This document shows, one piece after another, positions 1 through 8,970 of a DNA stretch of 64,000 bases (the stretch's first letter is position 1; every line of letters begins with the position of its first letter). The position numbers were made by a program, and so were the translations under genes. The DNA lies in IMG/VR virus record IMGVR_UViG_3300032236_002285, positions 124,001-188,000 of that record; one strand, given 5' to 3'. The notes beneath the pieces are model-generated. The model did no database searches. It had not been told where the DNA came from and saw nothing but the letters and a program-made list of their open reading frames with translations.

Positions 1-1
1 G

Positions 2-151
2 AAACACTCACCAAGTCACAATGAAGTTTTAATGGATCCAAAATATAAATACGCAGGTGTTAGTTGTAAGTTACAAATTACATCAAGTGGATTTAAGAAC
101 ATCTTACACTACTTCTCTTTTGATAGTATGGAGTTTTTTGATAAAAAATAA
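2..151 (+). CDS. partial CDS (3' end), CAP/SCP-like domain C-terminus
   Basis: Manual translation from base 2: KHSPSHNEVLMDPKYKYAGVSC...FFDKK*; resembles the CAP C-terminal SPxH..NML.P.Y...GV motif. Confidence 0.55.
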   Translation, partial: KHSPSHNEVLMDPKYKYAGVSCKLQITSSGFKNILHYFSFDSMEFFDKK

Positions 152-173
152 AACCTCTCAATTGAGAGGTTTT
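150..173. terminator. bidirectional intrinsic terminator, perfect 24-bp palindrome
   Basis: AAAACCTCTCAATTGAGAGGTTTT between convergent genes; identical copy at 60061-60084. Confidence 0.85.
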
Positions 174-176
174 TTA

Positions 177-1073
177 TTAAAATCCAAAACACTTTGATAT
201 ATTCTTATAATGCTTAACTTTTCCGTGATGATGGAATAGTTTAATATGTGGGAATTTAATTTTAATTCTGTGATATTCTTGAGATTTAACATCCTTACTT
301 AAATAGTAAGTTTTTGATTCTTCCGGTGATATTTTTTTAATAGTATTAGATTTAATTACTACATCATTCTCTAAGTAAATAATTTTTACAGTTACAAATC
401 TTGCTGATGGATCTTGTTTTCCTTGTCCCATTTCAAAAAGATGTGCAGTATCAATTAAGCTATCATCAATACCTTCATTCTCAATGATGTATTTTGAAAT
501 AGATTCACATCTTGCTTTAGCTAAACCTTTATTATTTGGTTCGTAACCTTTTGCTTTAAGTTCGTTTTGTAGTTTTATTGACAAACCTTGTTTATCAGTT
601 GATGATTGAATTTGAATACCAATGATTGTATGGTTACTTGATTCAATATTATTAATTACTTGTGAAACACTATCAGCCATTTCAGGTGAAATAGTATAAA
701 CGCCAGAAGCAAAATATTGATTATCGCCAAAAATAATCTTTTCACCTTTTATAACTGTTTCAGGTGCTGTTTCTGTCAATTCTTTAAAAAGTGTATCAAC
801 AACTGTTGAGTCTAAGTTATAACCTTTTTTTTGTAATCTTTCTAATGATTTTTCATCAGTTACTTTTTTATGTAAAGTTTTTGTAACTTCTTTACCAGGC
901 CACTTAACCTCGATGCCACTTTTGTTTACTTTTATAGGTCCAGGTCCACTTGGTGATGCCTTCATTTGACCGGGTAATAATGAACCAGCAGCTATAGCAG
1001 TACCTAAAAGAGCATCTTTCCAACCCTCTTCCTCATTGATTTGAAATTCATCAAATTTTTTAATATTCTTCAT
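177..1073 (-). CDS. OmpA/MotB-like peptidoglycan-binding domain protein with capsid-targeting-like N-terminus
   Basis: N-term MKNIKKFDEFQINEEE, hydrophobic LLGTAIAAGSLL; C-half YFASG...SSTD...NKGLAKARCESISKYI...SARFVTVKI matches the OmpA C-terminal pattern. Confidence 0.6.
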   Translation of the reverse strand: MKNIKKFDEFQINEEEGWKDALLGTAIAAGSLLPGQMKASPSGPGPIKVNKSGIEVKWPGKEVTKTLHKKVTDEKSLERLQKKGYNLDSTVVDTLFKELTETAPETVIKGEKIIFGDNQYFASGVYTISPEMADSVSQVINNIESSNHTIIGIQIQSSTDKQGLSIKLQNELKAKGYEPNNKGLAKARCESISKYIIENEGIDDSLIDTAHLFEMGQGKQDPSARFVTVKIIYLENDVVIKSNTIKKISPEESKTYYLSKDVKSQEYHRIKIKFPHIKLFHHHGKVKHYKNISKCFGF

Positions 1074-1084
1074 AAGTGTATATA

Positions 1085-1888
1085 TTATTTAAATTTATTT
1101 GGGAATATATGTCTCCACTCGTGACCTTGTGGAACATCTGAGACTTTAACACCAAATATCTTTTTTTCTGGACAAGTGTCCTTACCATCCATTAAGAAGT
1201 TATTATTACAAGCCCAAACTTCTACATTTCTTTGTAGTAATTGACCTACTGAAAAAGGAAATCTAATTCCTGTTTCATTTTCAATACCAGTGATTCTACC
1301 ATCTGGTGATTTAGTAACAACTATTTCTAATCTTGGGTTTCTTTTATTAGTGAATTTAACTTCTCTTTCGTGTATAGACTCATCAATTAAATCAGCCGCT
1401 GGATTGATTTCAGTTTGAATTCTATCCATTCTTTTTCTTTCGTTATCTTCTTTATAGATTTTATCTATTAGTTTGAATAATTTAATTCTATAAGATTCTT
1501 TAGATCTAATTCTTTCACATAAACCGGAATTATTACCAATAAATAGTTTCCATTTATTTACACACTTTTCTTCTCTTGCTGGAAGTCCAGTATCTGTGTA
1601 TACTAGAGTATGTCTATCATTTGATATAATTAAATCAACATCATCAAATCTAACAACATATATAACGCTATAATATTCTGATTTAACTCCATTTTCAACA
1701 CTATCTGCTGCTTTAGACATCCAAGCAGGTAACCTCATTTCTTCACTCTGTATATCATGAATTTCATATGGATTATTGTCTTTGACTTTTTCAAGACGAT
1801 GTATCATATCCAATGTGATTTTATCATCATTGGTATCTTTCTTAAAGTAATCTAAGAACCCTTCATTATAAGATTTTAAGTGTTTCAT
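1085..1888 (-). CDS. hypothetical protein with MKHLKSYNE N-terminal motif
   Basis: ORF track 1085..1894; ATG at 1888 lies 6 nt downstream of AATATATA. Confidence 0.75.
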   Translation of the reverse strand: MKHLKSYNEGFLDYFKKDTNDDKITLDMIHRLEKVKDNNPYEIHDIQSEEMRLPAWMSKAADSVENGVKSEYYSVIYVVRFDDVDLIISNDRHTLVYTDTGLPAREEKCVNKWKLFIGNNSGLCERIRSKESYRIKLFKLIDKIYKEDNERKRMDRIQTEINPAADLIDESIHEREVKFTNKRNPRLEIVVTKSPDGRITGIENETGIRFPFSVGQLLQRNVEVWACNNNFLMDGKDTCPEKKIFGVKVSDVPQGHEWRHIFPNKFK

Positions 1889-1906
1889 TAACACTATATA
1901 TTATTT

Positions 1907-2779
1907 TTAGAAACAAGAAAGATATTTTTCTCCTCTATCACATAATATAGTAATGATATTACCTTCCATATCTGGGTATTTTTCTAACAATCTTTCTGAT
2001 GCTAAAATATTAGCACCTGAACTAATACCAACAAATAAACCTTGTTCTTTAGCTAATCTTCTAGCTCTTTCTTTAGCATCTTCTGTTGAAATAACCATAA
2101 TATCATCTACTTGTGTTAAATCAACTAAGAATTTAGAACCATCACCAATTCCTTGAATTCCGTGAAGACCTGGTTCACCACCAGACATAACAGGTGATTC
2201 TGCTGGTTCAACGGCTACTACTTTCATACCTGAGTGATACCATTTTAAAACACGAGAAGTACCCATAAGAGTACCTCCAGTTCCTGTTCCATCCACAAAT
2301 GCCGCAATTTTATTAGTATGTTGATGTAGGATTTCCACAGCAGTTCCTTTTTCATGTGCTTCAATATTCAAAGGGTTGTGAAATTGATTAGGATTAAAGT
2401 AACCATTTTCTTGAGCCATTTTATTTCTTAAAGCAATTGCTGCATCAAATTGACCATCTTCTACTTCGATTAGTTCAGCTCCATATAATCTTAACATTTG
2501 TTTTCTCTCATTGCTCATATTAGAAGGCATAACAATTATACATTTATAACCTCTTTCTGCTGCTAAGAAGGCAAAAGCAATTCCAGAGTTTCCTGATGTT
2601 GCTTCAATGATAGTATCACCTTTTTTAATTAAACCATTTTTTTCAGCGTGATTTATTATGTAAGAAGCCATTCTATCTTTTATCGAACCGCTTGGGTTTT
2701 GACCTTCAAACTTTGCGAAGATTCTTTCAGATATTTTAATTAAAGGAGTTTGACCAACGGTTTTAGATAGATTTGACAT
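1907..2779 (-). CDS. cysK: cysteine synthase (O-acetylserine sulfhydrylase, PLP)
   Basis: SGSIKDR PLP lysine, ATSGNSG, GTGGT, GIQGIG, GISSGAN motifs; start moved to ATG 2779 (MSNLSK) because an AATATATA motif lies at 2803-2810. Confidence 0.93.
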   Translation of the reverse strand: MSNLSKTVGQTPLIKISERIFAKFEGQNPSGSIKDRMASYIINHAEKNGLIKKGDTIIEATSGNSGIAFAFLAAERGYKCIIVMPSNMSNERKQMLRLYGAELIEVEDGQFDAAIALRNKMAQENGYFNPNQFHNPLNIEAHEKGTAVEILHQHTNKIAAFVDGTGTGGTLMGTSRVLKWYHSGMKVVAVEPAESPVMSGGEPGLHGIQGIGDGSKFLVDLTQVDDIMVISTEDAKERARRLAKEQGLFVGISSGANILASERLLEKYPDMEGNIITILCDRGEKYLSCF

Positions 2780-2838
2780 ATTATAGTTGTTTTTTTGTAT
2801 TTTATATATTAGTGACATGTAAGTTTATTTGAAAAAAA

Positions 2839-2869
2839 TTGATATTTTTCAAAAAAATTCATATATTTG
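2839..2869 (+). promoter_or_regulatory. Bacteroidota-type sigma70 promoter (-33 TTG, -7 TATATTTG)
   Basis: TATATTTG at 2862-2869, TTG 20 nt upstream, ATG 4 nt downstream. Confidence 0.65.
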
Positions 2870-2873
2870 CTGT

Positions 2874-3473
2874 ATGAATATATGGTTTACATCTGATACA
2901 CACTTTGGTCATACAAATATTGCGGGTCCTAAAGTTTCTAACTGGAAATCTGGTTATAGAGATTTTAACTCTGTTCATGAAATGAATATGGCTTTGGTTG
3001 AAGGTATCAATAAATATGTTAAAGAAGATGATATTCTCTATCATCTTGGTGATTGGAGCTTTGGGGGAGTTCATAATATTTTACAATTTAGAAATTATAT
3101 TGTCTGTAAAAATATACACCTGATTTTAGGTAATCATGACCAGCATATAACTGACAAGGAAATAAAGTATCATGATACTTCATTTAATCCAATTCAGCTT
3201 TTTTCATCAGTCCAAGATGTTTTACACTTGAAGTTGGGTAAAACTGAGTTGTTTCTTTCTCACTATTCTCATCGTGTTTGGTTAGGTAGTCATAAAGGTG
3301 TTATACATCTTTATGGTCACTCACATGGTTCAATTCCTGACTATGGAAAATCAATGGATGTTGGAGTTGATGTTGCTTTTAAGAGATTTGGTGAGTATCG
3401 TCCATTTAATATTGGTGACATAACAAACATTATGTCTAAAAGAGAAGTAGAAAAAATAGACCACCATGGATAG
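2874..3473 (+). CDS. calcineurin-like metallophosphoesterase
   Basis: SDTHFGH, LGDWSFG, GNHD, HGHSH motifs; likely ATG at 2874. Confidence 0.9.
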   Translation: MNIWFTSDTHFGHTNIAGPKVSNWKSGYRDFNSVHEMNMALVEGINKYVKEDDILYHLGDWSFGGVHNILQFRNYIVCKNIHLILGNHDQHITDKEIKYHDTSFNPIQLFSSVQDVLHLKLGKTELFLSHYSHRVWLGSHKGVIHLYGHSHGSIPDYGKSMDVGVDVAFKRFGEYRPFNIGDITNIMSKREVEKIDHHG

Positions 3474-3636
3474 TTTATATAATAGATTATCTATTCTAAA
3501 GATGATTCTTAATTCGAGTTATGGTGAAGGTAAGACCGTAACTAATGTATATGAGGAATCTTATAAAATAAGAAAAAAGATACACTCAATAAAAACTAGA
3601 AAAGAAAAAATTAAACGAATATTCTATTTGAAATAG
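3466..3636 (+). CDS. 56-aa micro-protein: PolB motif-B-like segment plus RKEKIKRIF helix
   Basis: Not in ORF track; manual translation MDSLYNRLSILKMILNSSYGEGKT...KTRKEKIKRIFYLK*; start overlaps upstream stop (ATGGATAG). Confidence 0.7.
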   Translation: MDSLYNRLSILKMILNSSYGEGKTVTNVYEESYKIRKKIHSIKTRKEKIKRIFYLK

Positions 3637-3656
3637 AAAAATAAAACAAGACTATC

Positions 3657-4526
3657 ATGAACGATGTGAAAGGATTTTGTAAGTTAATGGATATCAGTGT
3701 TCCGGATTACGAACACTTTGATTATTATATCCATCAACTATCAAAAACAGAAAAGTGGAAAAATATTTACGACCTTATTAAACTATTTGAAGACGCTGAA
3801 AGTAAATACGGTGATCTTTACGAATATCGTTTTAAGAAGGCAAATGAAATTATTGAATTTTTAAAAACAACAAGAGCTTATAATGAGCTTCAAGATGATA
3901 ATTTATTACCTGACTATCCAACAACTAAAAACTTTGAGTATTCAGATGATAAAAAATACATTTCTATTGATATTAGAAAGGCAAACTGGGTGGTTCTTAA
4001 AAAATATGACCCAGAGTTTGCACCGGAATTAGGAAATTCATATGAAGACTTTATAGCTAAATTTGATGTACCTGAAATATTCAATCATTCAAAACAATTA
4101 AGGCAGTTTATCTTTGGTAATATCAATCCAAAAAGACAAGGTAAAGCACAAAGAGTTATTATTGAGAGTTTACTGAATAAATATAAACACCTCAATTTAG
4201 AAATTGCTTGTATAAAAAATGATGAGGTTATTTATTCTTTTGATAGCTTTGAAAAAATTGAAGAAATCTTAAATACAATTGATAAAGATTTATTTAAAAC
4301 TAAACTTTTTATCGTTGAAAGAATAAAAGATTTTCGAATCAATACATACTTATCTGAAAAAGGTGAGAAATTACATAGAGAAATGGTAGGATGTAATGGT
4401 AATTTATTTTTCTTATATTTAAAGAAGTATGTGTTGAATGAGCCGATTGATATAAGAGATTTATATTTTAAAATGGATGGTAACCTAGCTATCTGGAATG
4501 TTGAAGGTTTAAAAGTAAGTCTGTAA
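3657..4526 (+). CDS. hypothetical protein
   Basis: 289-aa ORF; ISIDIRKANW and IKNDEVIY segments, function not recognised. Confidence 0.75.
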   Translation: MNDVKGFCKLMDISVPDYEHFDYYIHQLSKTEKWKNIYDLIKLFEDAESKYGDLYEYRFKKANEIIEFLKTTRAYNELQDDNLLPDYPTTKNFEYSDDKKYISIDIRKANWVVLKKYDPEFAPELGNSYEDFIAKFDVPEIFNHSKQLRQFIFGNINPKRQGKAQRVIIESLLNKYKHLNLEIACIKNDEVIYSFDSFEKIEEILNTIDKDLFKTKLFIVERIKDFRINTYLSEKGEKLHREMVGCNGNLFFLYLKKYVLNEPIDIRDLYFKMDGNLAIWNVEGLKVSL

Positions 4527-4528
4527 TT

Positions 4529-4786
4529 ATGTCTTTGTTGGTCAATGTTTATTATGGTGAAGATAAAAATCTTGTAGAATCTTTCTCAATTGAAATAGGA
4601 AGAAAAGTAACATCAATAGATGATGCTAGATTGTTGATAATTGAACATTTAGATAGTTTTTATTTTGATGTTAAATATAAAATAAATGTATTTTCATCTT
4701 TTGATGGTGATACAAGTATTAACTTAAATTTTGAAAAAGATATTTGTTTAAATAGAGAACTCTTAATAAGAAAAATATTAGAATGA
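4529..4786 (+). CDS. hypothetical protein, C-terminal RELLIRKIL helix
   Basis: 85-aa ORF in tight operon. Confidence 0.7.
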   Translation: MSLLVNVYYGEDKNLVESFSIEIGRKVTSIDDARLLIIEHLDSFYFDVKYKINVFSSFDGDTSINLNFEKDICLNRELLIRKILE

Positions 4787-5412
4787 TTGATATATTTGAT
4801 AAAAAGCCTATTAATCTGACAAAAGTAATTTGTCACTCTGGTGGTGCTCTCGGTTCTGACACCTTTTGGGAAACTGAAGGTGCTCTTTACGGAGTTACCA
4901 CCAGAGCTTATTCGTATAAAACAAAGAATCATATATCACCTAATAAGATTGAAATATCAGATGATGATTATAAAGAAGGTGTTATAGAAGTTAATAAAGC
5001 AAATAAGTGGCTTAATCGATATGGGATTCATAAGTATATGAATCTTTTAGCACGCAACTGGGCTCAAGTTAAATACTCTGAACAGATTTTTGCCATTGGT
5101 ACAATTATCAAACCTGGTGATAAAAATACAAAGGGTTACTATAATAAAGGCAAGTATGATATGGTCGATGGTGGTACTGGATATGCCGTTATGATGGGTA
5201 TTAATAATAAAAGAGAAGTATTTGTTTTTGACCAAATAAGAAATAAATGGTTTAGATGGTCTTATTCAACACTTCAGTTTGTTGAAATGAAAGAAGTCCC
5301 TACTATTGATGTTCAAAACTTTGCTGGTATTGGAACAAGAGAAATTCAAGCCAATGGTATTCAAGCCATCAAAGATGTTTATGAAAATACATTTAATAAA
5401 AATAAAAAATAA
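4783..5412 (+). CDS. SLOG superfamily (DprA/YspA-like) protein
   Basis: HSGGALGSD, GGTGYAV and FAGIGTRE motifs. Confidence 0.65.
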   Translation: MIDIFDKKPINLTKVICHSGGALGSDTFWETEGALYGVTTRAYSYKTKNHISPNKIEISDDDYKEGVIEVNKANKWLNRYGIHKYMNLLARNWAQVKYSEQIFAIGTIIKPGDKNTKGYYNKGKYDMVDGGTGYAVMMGINNKREVFVFDQIRNKWFRWSYSTLQFVEMKEVPTIDVQNFAGIGTREIQANGIQAIKDVYENTFNKNKK

Positions 5413-5414
5413 AA

Positions 5415-5882
5415 ATGAAAACAATCCTAACAAAAGAGGGTAAGGAAAAACTTCAAGAGGAATTAAACTTTTTAATGACTACTGAGAAAAGTCGTGTTAT
5501 AAATGACTTAGCTGAGGCTCGTGAAAGTGGAACTCTAGAAGAAAACACACAATATTTGATTGCTAAAGAAGAATATGAAAAGGTTCAAAAAAGAATTGAA
5601 AAAGTTCAATCTATCTTATCAAATGTTGTAGTAGTTGATGCTTCTAATATTAAAACTGACAAAGTTGCTATTTTAACAACGGTTAAAGTTTTGAATATGG
5701 GTAGTAACAAAGAAATGACATTTAAAATTGTGCCGGAAAATGAGATAGATGTTAAAACAAGTAAAATATCAACAAGTAGTCCAATAGGTGCGGGACTTTT
5801 TGGAAAAGTATTAGGTGATATTTGTGATATTAAAACACCGGCTGGTTTATTAAAATTTAAAATATTAGAAATAAGTATATGA
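5415..5882 (+). CDS. greA: transcription elongation factor GreA homologue
   Basis: LTKEGKEKLQEEL...AREsGTLEENTQY..AKEE coiled coil; C-term IVPENE...ISTSSPIGAGLFGK..GD...KTPAG. Confidence 0.92.
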   Translation: MKTILTKEGKEKLQEELNFLMTTEKSRVINDLAEARESGTLEENTQYLIAKEEYEKVQKRIEKVQSILSNVVVVDASNIKTDKVAILTTVKVLNMGSNKEMTFKIVPENEIDVKTSKISTSSPIGAGLFGKVLGDICDIKTPAGLLKFKILEISI

Positions 5883-6280
5883 TAATAAGCTTTGATTTTG
5901 ATGGAACTTTAGTAGATGAGTTTGGTGGTCACCCATCAAATAGTCAAAAAGAAGAAATTCAAGGACTCGCTAAGAAGTATATTAGTTTAGGACATGAAGT
6001 AATTATTATTACTAAACGATTTGGTCCAGAAAATGCAGATAAAGGTATCAAAAATGAACATTTAGAAGTTCAACATCTGGCTAATAAGTTGGGTATTCAA
6101 AAGGTTTACTTTACTAATCGTGAAATGAAATTTTCATATATTATTAACTTGAAAGTTGATAGACATTTTGAAAATGATGATTATGAGGTTTCTTTAATTA
6201 ATCAGGTTTGTAAAGAAAAAGGCCACAACTGTTTAGTTGTTCCGGTAGAAGACCCTTATTGGAGAGATTTAATATATTAA
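5879..6280 (+). CDS. HAD-superfamily phosphatase-like
   Basis: SFDFDGTL motif I, IIITKR motif II, HFEND. Confidence 0.7.
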   Translation: MIISFDFDGTLVDEFGGHPSNSQKEEIQGLAKKYISLGHEVIIITKRFGPENADKGIKNEHLEVQHLANKLGIQKVYFTNREMKFSYIINLKVDRHFENDDYEVSLINQVCKEKGHNCLVVPVEDPYWRDLIY

Positions 6281-6282
6281 AA

Positions 6283-6654
6283 ATGAATAAAACAAATTTT
6301 ATAGAGTTTATTAAAGAGTTAGGATTTGCGCAAGTTTGGCAGACAAATCCTAACTATTTTAGTTTAACAACTGACGTGATTGGTCTCGCTAATCAAAATT
6401 ATCAAGCTTTTTGTGACCAATTAAACGTTCATCTTGATGATGAAAATGAATTGGCACAATTATCACTCTCACAACTGAGTACTCATACGAGTGCTGGTAA
6501 AAGTTTTGGTAGATTTGACTTAAAAACATTTGGTGAACCAGGTGATTTTCAGATGCAGATCTTTATGAGTTTTGTGAAAGGTGCTTTTAAGAATCCACCA
6601 AATAATATAATTCAATATATGAGAGATAAAAAAATCAAAAGTATTCTAAAATAA
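6283..6654 (+). CDS. hypothetical protein, C-terminal RDKKIKSIL helix
   Basis: ORF track 6259..6654; likely ATG 6283. Confidence 0.7.
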   Translation: MNKTNFIEFIKELGFAQVWQTNPNYFSLTTDVIGLANQNYQAFCDQLNVHLDDENELAQLSLSQLSTHTSAGKSFGRFDLKTFGEPGDFQMQIFMSFVKGAFKNPPNNIIQYMRDKKIKSILK

Positions 6655-6667
6655 CTAATAAAATTTT

Positions 6668-6675
6668 TATATTTG
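6668..6675 (+). promoter_or_regulatory. Bacteroidota-type -7 element TATATTTG
   Basis: Exact TAnnTTTG, ATG 4 nt downstream; no clear -33 box seen. Confidence 0.5.
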
Positions 6676-6679
6676 TAAT

Positions 6680-7066
6680 ATGAATTATGATCAAGAAATA
6701 ATAATTATAGAAATGACACCTTTTATATTTGAAGATGGTAATACTTACTATTTTAAAATAGTTAAAAGAGGTTCTTCTAATGATTATCATGATCTTTTTG
6801 TTTATGAAAAAATCAAAACAGAAACCAAAAATATCTTTGGTAGAGTAAAAATTGATGAGTGTTTCAATAAGATAAACAAAAGTCCTGAGCTCGTATCTAC
6901 AAGTTTAGATACGAATGAAATTAAAAGAAATATTAAAAAAATATTGATTGCTACTAAAGCTAACCACCGATTAAAAAATTGGGATGGTTTTGTTGGTGAC
7001 ATACCTAATGATGTTAAAACGGCTCTTAAAAGAGAGAGTTCTTTGAAAAACATTTTAGGTGAATAA
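6680..7066 (+). CDS. hypothetical protein, C-terminal RESSLKNIL helix
   Basis: 128-aa ORF. Confidence 0.7.
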   Translation: MNYDQEIIIIEMTPFIFEDGNTYYFKIVKRGSSNDYHDLFVYEKIKTETKNIFGRVKIDECFNKINKSPELVSTSLDTNEIKRNIKKILIATKANHRLKNWDGFVGDIPNDVKTALKRESSLKNILGE

Positions 7067-7076
7067 TATATAGTAA

Positions 7077-7559
7077 ATGATTAAATTTAGTAAAATGGTA
7101 ACTGAAAATGCTAGTACATCTGGTTTTAAGTTAGGATTAGATGTTCATGGAGTTATAGATGCTATGCCTGAGTTCTTTGCTTTTCTAACTGATTCATTTG
7201 TTAAAAATGGTGGTGAAGTTCACCTAATAACTGGTGGTCATTGGAACGAAGGATTTGAAAAACAACTAACTGAATGGGGTATAAAATGGTCACATAAATT
7301 TTCAGTTTATGACCATCTAATTGAAACTGGTGCTAATATTGTTGGTGAAATTCAATTCCCAGATGGAACAATTCAAAAGAAATTTGAAGATGGTCTTTGG
7401 GACCATGTTAAGTCTGACTATTGTAAACAACATAATATATCATTACATATTGATGATACCTTGGTGTATAATGATTTTTTCCAAACACCATTTGCTAGAT
7501 TATGGTCACATAATCAAAAACCAAAAGCGTCTCATAAAGACCTAAGACACTTAAAATAA
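7077..7559 (+). CDS. HAD-like protein (degenerate motif I)
   Basis: GLDVHGVI, LITGG, LHIDD; preceded by AATATATA at 7065-7072. Confidence 0.55.
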   Translation: MIKFSKMVTENASTSGFKLGLDVHGVIDAMPEFFAFLTDSFVKNGGEVHLITGGHWNEGFEKQLTEWGIKWSHKFSVYDHLIETGANIVGEIQFPDGTIQKKFEDGLWDHVKSDYCKQHNISLHIDDTLVYNDFFQTPFARLWSHNQKPKASHKDLRHLK

Positions 7560-7987
7560 TGAAAAAATCCGCTGGTGTAGTTATTGTCTTGAGAAAAGAC
7601 AAGGTATTTCTTTGTCATCCAACCAACTCAAATTGGTATGGAACTTATTCTTTTCCAAAGGGTGGAGTTGATAAAGATGAAACCACATTAGATGCTGCTA
7701 TACGAGAACTAAAAGAAGAAACATCTATTGTAGTTAATACAAAACAAATATCAAATATTAAAGATCCTATTGTTGTTTATTACCAAAATAAAAAGGGTAT
7801 CTTATATAAGAGTATAGCTTTATATACGGTTTATATAAATAGTGTCTCTGAGATTGGTTTAGAGTCAGAAATTCTTCCAAAAGAAAGACTTCAATTAGAA
7901 GAAGTTGACTGGGCCGGTTTTCTTACAAAAGAAGAAGCTAAATTAAGAATTTTTCATAAGACCGCTTCTGTATTAGAAACAATTTAA
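7559..7987 (+). CDS. Nudix hydrolase
   Basis: FPKGGVDKDETTLDAAIRELKEETSI Nudix box. Confidence 0.9.
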   Translation: MKKSAGVVIVLRKDKVFLCHPTNSNWYGTYSFPKGGVDKDETTLDAAIRELKEETSIVVNTKQISNIKDPIVVYYQNKKGILYKSIALYTVYINSVSEIGLESEILPKERLQLEEVDWAGFLTKEEAKLRIFHKTASVLETI

Positions 7988-8023
7988 TACTAATGGTGTA
8001 TAAATAAAAAATAAACTTTATTT

Positions 8024-8440
8024 ATGCCTTTACCTTTTTCCAATAATTTAAATTCTGCTGTTAATACATCAATACCTATAGCAATGATGTATCAAGGAGA
8101 AGAAAAAATTGAAATAAATTTAGACCATCCTATTTTTGTAGTTTATGTTAATACTAAAAATGTAAGTCCTCAAGTAGCTGAGGAGCATTTATATAAAACA
8201 AAAAAGATGTTTGATATCTATAAAAACATTACCGTTTGGGTTTTATCTTCTGATGAAAACAAAGTTGAATGTGTTTATGATGGTCAGTGTAGACAAAGAG
8301 ATATGGAAATAAGTGACTTAATAAAAGAAATAAATACAAGAATTGACATTATGTCTAAATCAAACTCTTTTGAAGATTTCAAAATTAACATTAGGGATTG
8401 GCGAATAAATGAACTTGTAAATGGCTCTAAAGAAGAATAA
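8024..8440 (+). CDS. hypothetical protein, C-terminal RDWRINELV helix
   Basis: 138-aa ORF. Confidence 0.7.
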   Translation: MPLPFSNNLNSAVNTSIPIAMMYQGEEKIEINLDHPIFVVYVNTKNVSPQVAEEHLYKTKKMFDIYKNITVWVLSSDENKVECVYDGQCRQRDMEISDLIKEINTRIDIMSKSNSFEDFKINIRDWRINELVNGSKEE

Positions 8441-8792
8441 AACAGAAATACTTGATAAGATAATAACCAATGAAGAACTTGGTTATTATCATTGGAGTTG
8501 GTTGGATGATGATGATTGGGATTATCATGATGGTTATTGTGATTGCTATATGTGTATGCCTGTTGACTATGATTACTTACCAGATGAGTTTCAACCTAAA
8601 CCAATTGAGCATATTAGTAAGAGAGGTATTAGAGTAACCATAAGTTCATATCAAACAGGTAGATTAATAGATATGACTTCTATTTATTCTAAAGAAACTC
8701 TTAGGCAAAAAAGAATCAACCATATTTTAGGCATAGAATCAATGGAACATTCTCGTCCAACTTTTGCGGATATTTTGAATATTAAAAAATAA
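8421..8792 (+). CDS. hypothetical protein, acidic/Cys patch and RQKRINHIL helix
   Basis: 123-aa ORF with DDDDWDYHDGYCDCYMC. Confidence 0.7.
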   Translation: MALKKNKTEILDKIITNEELGYYHWSWLDDDDWDYHDGYCDCYMCMPVDYDYLPDEFQPKPIEHISKRGIRVTISSYQTGRLIDMTSIYSKETLRQKRINHILGIESMEHSRPTFADILNIKK

Positions 8793-8804
8793 TCCTTATC
8801 TTTG
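8774..8804 (+). promoter_or_regulatory. Bacteroidota-type sigma70 promoter upstream of tRNA unit
   Basis: TTTG 8774-8777, 19-nt spacer, TATCTTTG 8797-8804. Confidence 0.75.
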
Positions 8805-8823
8805 TATAACAAAATTAAAAGAT

Positions 8824-8964
8824 ATGGATATAACATTATTAGTTTCAGACGTTCTTGACAATCAGAATTTGGATGTTAATGGTGTAGGTGATTTTCTTCA
8901 GATGGCTGAAGATTATAAATATCAACTTTTAATGGATGAACTCAATGCTGAGTTAAATTCATAA
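8824..8964 (+). CDS. 46-aa acidic hypothetical protein
   Basis: Manual translation MDITLLVSDVLDNQNLDVNGVGDFLQMAEDYKYQLLMDELNAELNS*. Confidence 0.55.
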   Translation: MDITLLVSDVLDNQNLDVNGVGDFLQMAEDYKYQLLMDELNAELNS

Positions 8965-8970
8965 TAATAA

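Noticed and set aside
2874-3473. Metallophosphoesterase as the SbcD/gp47 partner of the SbcC-like gene
   Set aside because: It is 40 kb away, only about 200 aa, and lacks the cap domain; it fits a stand-alone phosphoesterase better.
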